Assembly: GCA_013239625.1 (NCBI GenBank)
Contig: MU054323.1
Location: 13,251,950 to 13,313,949 of the forward strand
Reading direction: 5' to 3'
Source: Lama guanicoe
Lineage: Eukaryota
Length of the DNA stretch: 62,000 bases
Below the pieces are notes generated by a model, which saw only the letters and a program-made list of their open reading frames with translations, did not search any database and was not told the DNA's origin. This document shows positions 12,501-24,500 of the stretch, piece after piece (the first letter of the stretch is position 1; each line of letters starts with the position of its first letter). The position numbers and the translations under genes were made by a program.

Positions 12501-15500
12501 TGGGGTGGGGAGGTCACTAAGGCTGGAAGAAACTAAGACGGGGGCGTGGCAGAACATGGCCGTGCTTGTGCTGGTTGAGAACCACAGGTGAAGGTGGATG
12601 AGACCGTAAAGGCGCTTTGAGCTGGGGTGGGGGACCGTGCTGAATTTGAAATTTGTTTGGTACAGTGCCTAGGGCCTCGTGAGTGTCAGCTTCTTGCAAT
12701 GTTTTATTTTAAGTAGATGGAAAAGTGATGTATGTTAGTCTGTTGACATTTCTGGTTTGCTTCAAAGGTTTTGGAGTGAGAAGAAATTTTCATGGAGCTA
12801 ATATAAATGTCTTCAAGTTGCTATAGTCAGCCTTCTGTATCTGCAGGTTCCACTTCTGCAATAGGGAAGGCAGACTGTGCTGTGCCATTTTATTTGAGGG
12901 AGTTGAGCATCCATGGTATCTTCAGGGAGTGGGGGAGAGGTGGTCCTGGAACCAAGCCCCCTGGGTTACCAAGGGACGACTGTAGGGAGAGCTGTGTACT
13001 CTCCCTCCCTTTTCCCCCTTTCCCATCCTCCCTCCGTCCTCACCTTGCCCTCTTTCTCAAAGCCCACCGAGCCTGTTTCCAGCCTTCTTACAGTGATGGT
13101 AACAATGAACAAGGGAAACGATGTTCATAGTCATAAATCCGTCTTTAGTGAAAACGATCTTGGCACAGCAGGTGACATAAATGGTCTGAGTTTCCACAGT
13201 TCTCCAGCACGCAGTCCCAGTTTGGCCCTTTTGTATCTGACCTAAGTTCTTCCTCTAGTGATCTTATGTCCTTACCAACTTTCCCCCAGACTTCCTCCTG
13301 AGGTGGAACTAGCTGGGCCACCTGCTCCTCTGCTTCCAATTACTGTTGATTTTATTTATGTAAGACTTTCCTCCTTATGGTATTACTGGCCTAAGAACAA
13401 CTTGATGAGTGTCTCTTTTCTAATTTAATAGATTTCCTTTTTGGTCATTATTGCATACACACCTTTTTTTTTTAATTGAAGTATAGTCAGTTTACAGTGT
13501 TGTTCATTTCTGCTGCACAACATCGTGATTCAGTTATACATATATATTCCTTTTCATATTCTTTTCCATTATAGGCTATTATGCAATATTGAATATAGTT
13601 CCCTGTGATGTACAGTAGGACCTTGTTGTTGATCTATTTTGTATACAATCATATCTTCAGATCCTGAGTCCTAGTTTATCCCTCCCCACCTCTTTCCCTC
13701 CTGGTAACTATTAAGTTGGTTTGCTATGTCTGTGAGTCTGTTTCTGTTTTGTGAATAAGTTCATTTGTGTCATTTTCTTAGATTCCACATATAAATAATA
13801 TTATGTGATATTTGTCTTTCTCTGTCTTGCTTCACTTGTTATGATAGTATCTAGGTCTATCCATGCTGCAAATGGCATTGTTTTATTCTTTTACACCACA
13901 GAATAGTATTCCATTTTACACGCGCACACGCACGCGCACACACACACACACACACACAACTTCTTTATCTACTCATCTGTCGATGGACATTTAGGTTGCT
14001 TCCATGTCTTGGCTATTGTAAATAGTGCTGCTGTGAACATTGGGGTGCATGTATCTTGTCAAATTAGTTTCCTCCAGATGTATGCCCAGAAATGAGATTG
14101 CTGGATCATATTGTAAGTCTGTTTTTAGTTTTTAAAAGAATCTGCATGCTATTTTCCATAATGGATGCACCAAGCTGCATTCTCACCTGTAGGGTAGGAG
14201 GATTCCCTTTTCTCCACACCCTTTCCAGCATTTATTGTTTGTGAACTTGTTAATGATGGCCATTCTGACTGGTGTTTTTCATGTGCCTGTTGGCCATTTG
14301 TACGTCTTCATTGTAGAAATGTTTGTTTAGATCTTCTGCTCATTTTTTGATTGGGTTATGTTTTTTATGTTTTGTTTTGTTTTGTTATTAAGTTATATGA
14401 GGTGTTTATATATTCTGGAAATTAAGCCCTTGTCAGTCCCTTCATTTGCAAATATTTTCTCCTATTCTATAGGTTGTCTTCTTGTTATGTTTAGAGTTTC
14501 CTCTAAGCTGTGCATAAGCTTATAAGTTTAACTAGGTCCCATTTGTTTGTTTTTGTTTTTATTTCTATTGCATTGATAGACAGCCCTAGGAGAATATTGC
14601 TACATTTGTATCAGAGAATGTTTTGCCTGTATTCGTTTCTAGATTTATGGTATCTTGTCTTATGTTTAAGTCTTTAAGCCATTTGAGTTTATTTTTGTGT
14701 ATGGTGTTAGACTCTACTTCTTAATGGGAGGGAGCTGCAACGTCACATAGACCAGGGCTTGAATACAAGGAGAGGTGAGATTTGGGGCTGTTTTAAAAAT
14801 GAGTCTGTAACACCTTGATGGTTTATACTGACTTAGCATGTATAAATGGATTTTGCTTGAGAAAAAAGGAAGTAAACAATCTTTATTTGTATTACTGTGA
14901 AGTCACTTTACATCTAACTGTAAGAGGCCATATCGAAAAAGTATTGGTGAAAAAAGTTTGATAATATTAGAAATTATATAATTTGCTATGTATTTAAATA
15001 CACTTTTTGTTGAAGTATAACCTATGTATAGAACAATGCACAAAAAACAATGCACAAATCATAGGGAATTAGCTCAGTGAATATTACAAAGTGAATATAA
15101 CTGTGTAGTTATTATTACTCAAGTCAAGACATCAGAAGATCACTTGCACCCCAGCATCTGCCCTTTGTCTTTTCCCAGTTTTTACTTTCTCCCTCTTTTT
15201 CAGAACTAATCACTGTCCTAACTCATAAGCATAGATGAGTTGTCTTTTTATGAACTTTAACATTATCCAATGTGTGCTGTTTTGTGTCTGGCTTCTTTCA
15301 CTCAACAGCATGTGACCAGTACCATTGTTTAATATTCAGAACTGTGGCGAGTGAAGTGATAATATCCATTGATGTTTTCATTTGAGAGCTTTTCAGTGCT
15401 TTTCCCTTCCTTCAGCAAATTCTTCTGACTTCTTGGTTTGTGCAGCATCCACTCCAGTTCCAATGCTGTCTCTAAAGTTCCCTTTATTTCCATTATCATA

Positions 15501-18500
15501 GGGAATTGCTTGCTGTGATGTTTACTTCTTTCTAGGAGGAAATAAGCAATATTATGAAAGTAATGTGGGTAAAAGAATGAAACTTAGAATCCTTTGTTCT
15601 TGCTATGTATTTGGGAAATCAATAGATGTGAACTAAGACTAGAGTCAACCTGACTTGACAGTTAAATTTTTCAGAACCCTTAAAATGTATAAAATTCTAG
15701 CCTGTCACATTCATCACAATGCTCTGCTGTATTTAGTGATTTAATCTCAGAAACTGGGAGGAGGTTGCTTAATGTGATGCTGAATCATATTTAAAATAGT
15801 CATTTGATACAACATTATAAAATGACTATAACTCAATAAAAAAATGTTAAAAAAAAAGTCAGTGACCAATAGGAAATTGATAGGTTTTATTGATTTGAGG
15901 TGTTATTTTGCTGTCCTAGGCGTCCTCTGGGAATTCCTGCTGCTTTTTGTAGTCTAAATAGGCACATTATTTGGGGCAAGACTTTTTAACAGTTTTGATC
16001 TTGACCTGAGCATCATTTTAGTGTTTAAAAATCAATTTGGGACCCATTCTCATCCATTTTAGAATCATTTTCTGATGTGTCCTCTGACTATGTTCCTATC
16101 ACTGGGATAGGATTCAAAAAGGAAATGTCTGTTTATTTTATTCACTTTTCTTCAGGAAAGACAGTGGTGAAGTGAGTCATTAACACATTGTATTTTCCAA
16201 TGGTTCTTTGACTTCATCTCTGGGGCTATAAATTCAGTGGGAAGATGCCTGTTGTATCACGAGTGATGAGGAAAGCTCATGATTGATGTGTGTTACTATG
16301 AATGTTTCAAGGAGAAATTAATGAAGTGTCCATAGACTGTAGTCAGAAATCCAAGACCAGCAGAGATGTGCGTCTTCCATGTGTAGGACACGTGTCAAGA
16401 AATAAATACACACTGTTCTCTGGGCTCCGTTCATTCTTTTATCATGTAATCCTGAAGACAGAAAGATTGGAAGGCAGGGAATTGTTCCCACAGTGGCTTA
16501 CTTCCTTTGAGTCCAATGATCGAATCTATCCCATGCTAAATTATTATTTTATTAAGGAGGAACAGTTACAGGCCGTGAGGGGAGGCTACAGCAGCAGTGG
16601 GGCCCAGCTTGAAACACATGTAGCCTCGAAGAGACCCGTATAGTAGTTTGCAGGGCTGACCCCGGGGAGCAACATTTCACGAAATGTGCTCCGCAGACCA
16701 CCAGTTCAGAGGGATGTTACAGATGGTGTGTGAAAAAAGGTTCCATGGCCAACTGTGTGGAGAACATCAAGATAAACAGAGGAAACCAAGAGTCCTTGCC
16801 AGAGGACTTCTCGAGGCCGTGAGTGTGCTCATGCACGTGGAATACACAGTGCTCCTCAGTCATACTCGGCTGTAGAACCCTCCTTTCAGCAGAAGTCCCA
16901 GGCAGAACACCTTGGGTAAAATTGCTGTTGAACTGCAAACATTTTTTGTTCCCTTATCTCCTAAAATAATATTGAAAAACTTAGGTGTTCACACATTTTT
17001 AAGCTGACATCTACATTTTTTTTTCTATCAAAGATTAAATGGATGCAGTAGATTAATTCCTGGCTGTTGATCTGAGATACAGGCTTTAAACAAACAAATA
17101 ACAACAAAAAACCTTGGAGCTGCAGAATTGACTCTGATAATCCTTTTATCATGTTATCATGTTGAAGAAATATGCATGTCCTCTGAGAGTGAACTTTATC
17201 TTAAGTAAGGGATCCCTGTTTCATAGGCAGGTGGTCTGTCTGGCTGGGAAAAGTATTTACCTCAACAGATATTTTCTCTGCTTTCAACTGGAAGTCCTAT
17301 TGCTAAATTGTGTGATGGAATTTCTGTCCATCAGCAAAAACTGGATAGATACAGCAGAATCTCCAGAGCACTTTTGTATTTTCACACTGTGTAAAGATCT
17401 GCGTGTACTGTTCCCACCTTGTACCTAATTCCTGTTGGTTCCTGGACATGCCTCATTTCCTATATAAACTTGCGTCACTAAAAAGGCACAAAATTATTAC
17501 TCACTTTGTTGAACATCCATACTTTGCTGTAAGAGAATAGATACATGAAAGTGTGTTTACTTCCTGCTGGGTATGTACGCTGGTCTTGGTAGATATTATG
17601 CATTAAATATCATACTTTATTTATCCGTTGGTGTTTTCAACCCTGGCAACTGGCATGTTGTTCTGAAGTCAGAATATTTAAGCTAGAAGCAACCCGGGGA
17701 TTGTCTGTGTTTCAGGAGAGGAAAGTGAAATCAAGACACAATAAATGGCTTGCTCTAGGTGACATAATTTAGGATTGTAGGTACCAAACTAGGTCTTAGT
17801 GGGATATTTCTCACATTAGATTTCTCCATTCTCCCTTAACTTTATCCAAGATCCAATTTTTTAAAAGATTAAAGAAGAGAATCACTGTTGCTCACCATGC
17901 AGAATTGTTATGAAGTTCCAGTGAGATAAGATGAGATGTACAAATATAAAGGATGATGACGAGGGTCCTTGCCTCACTGTGTTGGATTGTGATATCATTC
18001 CTTAGTGCTGAAATGCTAACGCTGCACTAGATTAGGTTGTTTAAAGGGTCTCTTGTTATGTGTATTTCTCTACTGCTCTGTAGTTTTATATCGTGGGTAG
18101 ATGCCCTGGCCTTCCTTTCTTTTGTATTAGGTTGGACCAATATTCACTGCCAATACTCAACCGTTTTAGAATTATAAGAAGAGCAGTTTTGTATTGTTGA
18201 AGTCGATCTATGGCCCGAGGTACATGGTAGGCTGTCGTGGGCAGAGACACTCTATAAATGCTTTAAGTGAATGAGATGTAGTAAATCTTCATACTAGCTG
18301 TAGCCCCCCGGATTATTTTACCTACTCTAACGGTGCACACGGGTCTGTAGGAGTTTCTCTCTTTCTTTTTGCCTCTGTACACTTGTAGACTGCCCAGCAC
18401 AGCAGCTCAGATGGAAGTATGGGGATGGGTGACCAGGGTCTCTGAGGGTGCCACTTCCTTCAGCCATTCGTTTTGACTTTTGTTCTTGAACTCAGTAAAC

Positions 18501-21500
18501 TGTGCTGCGTATGCAAGTGGTTATACTATTCCTTCAAAGGGCAGAATTCCACAATTGTCCAGAGAAATTTGGTGGTCTGCAGAGAGGAAAACAGTGAACA
18601 AATTCATTTGTTGACAATTGTTTCTTTTTAAACTAAGTACTACAATACTTTGAATTTAATCAGAATACATTAAGGGAAATTGGCTGACCCTGTTCAGTGA
18701 GACTTCTGAAGCACTATTATATTTGTCAAATATAAGTTATTTATAAAAAATATAATCAAGTTAGAAGTTTTTATTCGATTTTAAATAAGAAAATAGCCTG
18801 AAGCATTGAGTCTAACTAGAATTGTAATTCATAATCAGCCAATCATGTTCCATATAATTGTTAAACTTTGATCTCGTAACGCCTTCTCTTAGCCTAAACC
18901 TTAAACTCCTCATATCCAGATAGGATGTGTTTACTTAACTCATGTTTTGTTCTTAATGCATTTGTGAGTCTCTGATTTCCTTCAGTTTATTCAGAAAGGG
19001 TTTAAAGAGCTTGGCTACCTCAGGAAGTCATTTAGATAATTACTCATGTACTAATTTGAGGTTCTAAGTTAAAAACCAGGGGGAATAAGATTTTTGCCTT
19101 TTTCTTTTTTAACACCAAAGACTATCTGGCCACCCACAATCTTCTAGGAACCAAGAAGGGATGGAAGAATGAAGTGACAGAAAAAAGAGAGTTCCTGTCT
19201 AATTTTTAGATGTAAAATTTTGCATATTAGGAATTACTTCATGAATGGAATTCCTTTAAAAGTTTTATTTGTTAAGTGAGTTGTTGAAACCTGGGATATT
19301 TTTCACAGAAATAATGTGTCAGTGATTTTCAAATTTTCTTGACAAATGTCATCTTATCACAGAAGCTTAGTATTTGAAGCAGATGAAAAAGGAACAGCCT
19401 TGCTTAAAAGGTGTGCAGGGTGCCCAGACTCCAGGAACAGGTCCGCAGATCAGTTATGTTTGACGAATCTCCTTAGGGTCCTGGTCCGACCTGGTGGTGC
19501 TAGGACCCTGGTCTTGCAGATCACAAACCATGAGGTTCGTGATTTGGGGGACCCAGTCTGCTTTGCTTCTTGCTCAGGCCAAGGCACAGTCGCAGAGACA
19601 GCAGGAGACCCAGTGTAGACAGTCCAGACACTGAGTTCAGGGAATGAAACCCTTCCAGTCTCCTCACAGAGCCAGTGCCCACCTCCACCCCCTCACTCCT
19701 CAGACAGCCTACCTTCAAGAAGGTCTTTCTGTGCTTATAAACTCATATTTTCATCTCCTCTGGATGAGTTTTTCAGTGAGGACATTGTTGATGATTTTGG
19801 CAGAACAATTCTTTGCCAGGGGAGGCGAACCCCACTTTCCTAGCGTCTACCCAGTGTGGGTTTCCCGGTCCTTGCAACGACACACAGTGTCCCTTAACTA
19901 AGCATGCCCCTCTTGGAGAGTCAGCAGCTGATGTTCCCTGAGAAGGAAGCCTGCAGCATTCTTACAGATATTTACGTCATAGGAAGGATTGTTTTTAGAT
20001 TCAAATGGCTAATAAATATATGAAAAGGAAATCCAGGTCAAAATCACCGTGAAATAACAGTACACACCCACCCAGATAACTGAAATGCAAAAGACTGACA
20101 ATAATTTGATGGGGATATGGAGCAGTTGGTACTGGGAATGGAAACTGACATAACCACCTTGGACAACTACTGAATGAGCCTTATTTAATGACCCAGAAAT
20201 TCTATTTATTTGAGCCTTATTTAATGACCCAGAAATTCTATTCATAGATATTTATCCTAGAGAATTGAGAACCTAGGCCTACCAAAAGACATACATACAT
20301 ATAAATAAATATCAATGAATGTACCTAGGAGCATGGTTGGAAATCACCCCCAGAGTATCTATCATCAGTAGAATGGATAAATTAACTTTGCACTCATACA
20401 ATACAGCAGAGCAGTGGAAAATGAACTTTATGAGCTGCATGCAGCAGCACTGATGAATCTCTTAGGCATAATAATAAATAAAAAGTCAGACAAAAGAACA
20501 TACACAGTGTGATTCCCTTTATATGACGTTTAAGAACAGGCAAGACTAGTCAGTGATGATGGAACTCAAATTAGTAGTTACCTGTGAGGACAGAGATGCT
20601 AAATGGGAAGGGACATGTAGGAGCCTTGTGAGGCTGTGGAAATGTTCTAAGTCGTGATCTGGGTGGTGGTTACACAGTATGTGCACATACATGTGTATAC
20701 ATGTACGTACTTGTGTGTACACGTGTGTGTACGCAAAAACTCATTTAGCTGTATACTTAAGATTGGTATATTTTGCTGTATGTAAGTTTAAAAAGAAAAA
20801 AATCTTGGATATTTAATCTCTAACTTACGGTATTTTAGAGACTAGGATAAGAAAATAAATTGAGACAACTGAGGGAAATGAGTTTTTCTGGAAGCTGTGA
20901 GAGTGTATCGATGCTTCTTGGTTTCTGGAGCCAAAATTAGGGGAGGTGGTGTTGCTAACACTGGTGGCACAAGCTGATTAGAGCAGAGATGGTAGGAAAA
21001 GGAGAAGTTTTTTTCACATGATTCCTCTTCATGAATTTTTCTCCTCCTTCCTGTCTGTAGCCATATTTGTTTTTGCCTTTTTAGTCTTTTTTTGGGAGGG
21101 GAGGAGAAAGGTAATTAGGCTTACTTATTTGTTTTATTTTTAGAGGAGGTGCTGGGGGTTGAACCCAGGACCTTGTGTGTGCTAAGCGTGCACTCTGCCA
21201 CTTGAGCTGTATCGTTCTCCCCTCCTTTGTAGTCTTCGTTCCTGTCCTCCTGTCCTGTGGCATCTTGGTCGAGGCAGTGGGCACTGTTGAGGAGAGTCAA
21301 AGAGGGGACATTGGAAGAGGGCCTAGGGCAGTGGTTATACATCAGGTTATCTGTGCTTTGGGGGAAAAACCACCACCTTAATCTGTAGCCAGCAAGGAGG
21401 CTAGGATGATACTGTCATTGAAACTTCCAGATAAGGGAAAATTCTGGGTCCCAAGAGGTTAACATGGAAGGTGTATTGGTGCAACCACTGAACAGAAGTA

Positions 21501-24500
21501 AAAGCTGCCCAGAGAGAGGGGAGATCATCACACCCTAGTGGGAACATGAGGGGAAAGTAGAGACTTTCTGACCACAACTAGCTGCTTACCCAGGTTGGGG
21601 GTTTACATTGGGACATATGTGAGGGCCTTGGTTTCTACCGTGTAAGCCCCAGCTGGACTTGGCACTCTTTCTGGTCCTCCCTGGTGGTTTTCATAAGGAG
21701 AATGACTTAAAGGGGAATATTTTCAATTACATGCTGTATATAAATGTGCATCATAGTTTAACACACACTCTGATAAAGAGGAAGCCTGGCGGGTGCTGGA
21801 CCCTGTGCTGTGCGGGGCGTCATCTAGCTGTACAGTTTCCAGTCAGATCCAAGTTGGAATGCTGTGGAATTTATACAACCAACATGTGTGTTGTCATTTG
21901 AATGTCACTGAAAATAGCATATTGTCCCTGAAATCAAGTTAAAAATTGCACATGTTGGATAAAATATGTCCTTATAGGTATGTTTGGCTACTTTCAGTAT
22001 GAGACAGAAGCAAATAATGATTTATTGCAGGCTGCATTTGCCTGTTTGTGTGACGATCTGCTAGTAATATTTTGCTCCCATGGTGTTCAGTTTTAATTTA
22101 GAAAATTCATGTTTTAGGATCCTTAATAAGTTTTATTAGAATTAATGATTGAAGGAAGTAAATATAATTTGAAATGGGAACATTAATAGACAAGCCTGTT
22201 AACTATTAAGCTTCATAAGCCACACTGAATAAAATATAGATGACTACGAAGTTTTTACTTTTAACTTGTCACATTGTTTATTTTTTTATTTTTATCTTTT
22301 TTAATTGAGGTATAATTGACATATAACATTATGTTGGTTTCAGGTGTACAACATACTGATTTGATATTTGTATATATTGCAAAATGATCGCCACAATAAG
22401 TCTAGTTAACATCCATCACCACACACGGTTACACACTTTTTTTCCTTGTGATGAGAGCTTTTAAGATCTACTCTTGTAGCAACTTTTAAGTATACAATAC
22501 AGTATTATTAACTATAGTCATCATGTTGTACATTACATCCCCAGAACTTATTTATCTTATAACTGGAAGTTTTTACCTTTGACCACATACTTTTTTGGTT
22601 GTTGTTGTTCATATATTTTTTTTTATTGAAGTATAGTCAGTTTACAATGTTGTGTCAATTTCTGGTGTACAGCATAATGTTTCAGTCATACATGAACATA
22701 CATATATTCACATTCTGTTTATTTGTAATTACCTTTGCAAAAAGGCATGACCGCCTTTTTGTCTCTCCTCTTCCAAATCGTTTTGATCCCCCCTTAGGTC
22801 ACTCTTAGTCCACTTGTGCTGCTATAACAAAATACACCGACAGAGTAGCTTAAAAACAACAGGTATTTACTGCTCACAGTTCTGGAGACTGGGAAGTCCA
22901 AGATCAAGGCACCAGCACGGTCGCCTTCTGGTGAGGGCCCTGTTCGGGTTGCAGACTTCGCCACTGTGTCCTCAAATAGGGAAGCGGGGCTAGGGAATCT
23001 GTCTCTTTTAGAAGGCACTAATCCCATTCCTGAGGGTTCCTTCCTCATGACTTAAGCACCTCACAAAGGCCTCACTTTTGGGGGGTTAAGATTTCAGGAT
23101 GTGAATTTTGGGGGGACACAGAACATTCAGACCATAGCAATCACAGTAAGCAGATGACCATAAGTCTCTGTTTCCAGAGATGGTTTCCGTTCACTTGATT
23201 CTTGAATCTGCTGCTGGATATTTATACTCGAGTATCCCACTGTGACCTTCAAGTGTAAAACTTATCTCCTTCTCTGCCTCTTTCCTCCACAGAACTTTCC
23301 ACAAAAGCAATCGTGTCTTTTCCACTTTTCTCAGATTGGAATCTTCACAGGCATCTTTGACTCGTCTTCCTCTCCAGTGCTGTGTTGGCCAAAGACCAAG
23401 CATTGTCTGTTGTTCCTTCAAAAAAAAAAGAAGTCATTCCTTCTCTTCCTGATTATTCTCACTGTCACCAGCCTGGCTTGTCGCCAGTCTTACACTTGGA
23501 TTACTCCTTCAGTGATCAAACTTTTAATCTCTTCTCACCAAGCCATATGCTGGCCAGATGCATTTCCTTAGAGCCTGCCCTTGATTGTATCTTCCTGCTG
23601 CTCACAAACCTTTAGTATATTTGCCTGTGTTCAGTAAAATTGGCTCTAAACCTAGCCTGGCTTTAGCCAGCTCTTTTTCCAACTGTTCACCTTCCTGAAA
23701 CTTCTTTTCCAGCCAACAGTTTGACTCATGGTTTCCTGATTCCCTTTCCTTCTCCAGTCTCTGTGCTCATGCTCTGGTGTCCACCCATGTAGACCATCCA
23801 CCCCTTCCTCCCCATCCGCTGGCTGCTCCCCACATTCAGCACCCAATGGAGTCTGACCTCCTCCTCCGTGCTGCGGTCTCCCTCACCTCCAGCTTCCTCT
23901 AGCAGCTCTTCCTGTCAATACAGGCCATCTCATCATTTAACTTCGTCAAGTTTGTGACCTTTGTTCTGATTGTGATAACTTGACTGATTCTCACTTCTTT
24001 AGCTTTTACATAGTTACATGTACAACTAGACTGTCAGTATCTCCAGGATGAGAGTGTTTGCCTTTCCTGTGAGCTGTACTACCTAACGAACATTAACACT
24101 AAAGCAGGAAATCTGTGATGGCTGGAGTCTTCCATCAGTTCTATTCACTGGTAAATCTCTAGTATCCAGAATAGAACCAGGTGCATAGTAGGTGCATAGT
24201 AAATATTTGTCACATAACTTGTAGCTGTTCAATAAATGTTTGACTGATTTAACTGCTGCCACATTAAAAGCTGCTAGCCTCTCTTATTTACTATCACTCA
24301 GAGAGATTATCGTGAAAAAGAGAGTGAATGCAATTTACAGCCAGAATCTGTTTGACCGGGCTTGTCTTCTCCTTCTAAAAGAATTGTGTCTTCCCGCAGA
24401 TATTAACGAATGCCAACTACAGGGTGTATGCCCTAATGGTGAGTGTTTGAATACCATGGGCAGCTACAGATGTACCTGCAAAGTGGGATTTGGGCCGGAT

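Noticed and set aside
19475..19509. Hairpin agggtcctgg...ctaggaccct as a possible pre-miRNA
   Set aside because: Stem about 10 bp, far too short for a Drosha substrate
20009..20245. ORF with repeated peptide [10 protein letters not shown]
   Set aside because: Antisense translation of the 36-bp-period duplication in an L1 remnant
22794..23048. 84-aa minus-strand ORF
   Set aside because: Lies within the MLT1A-type LTR; chance ORF
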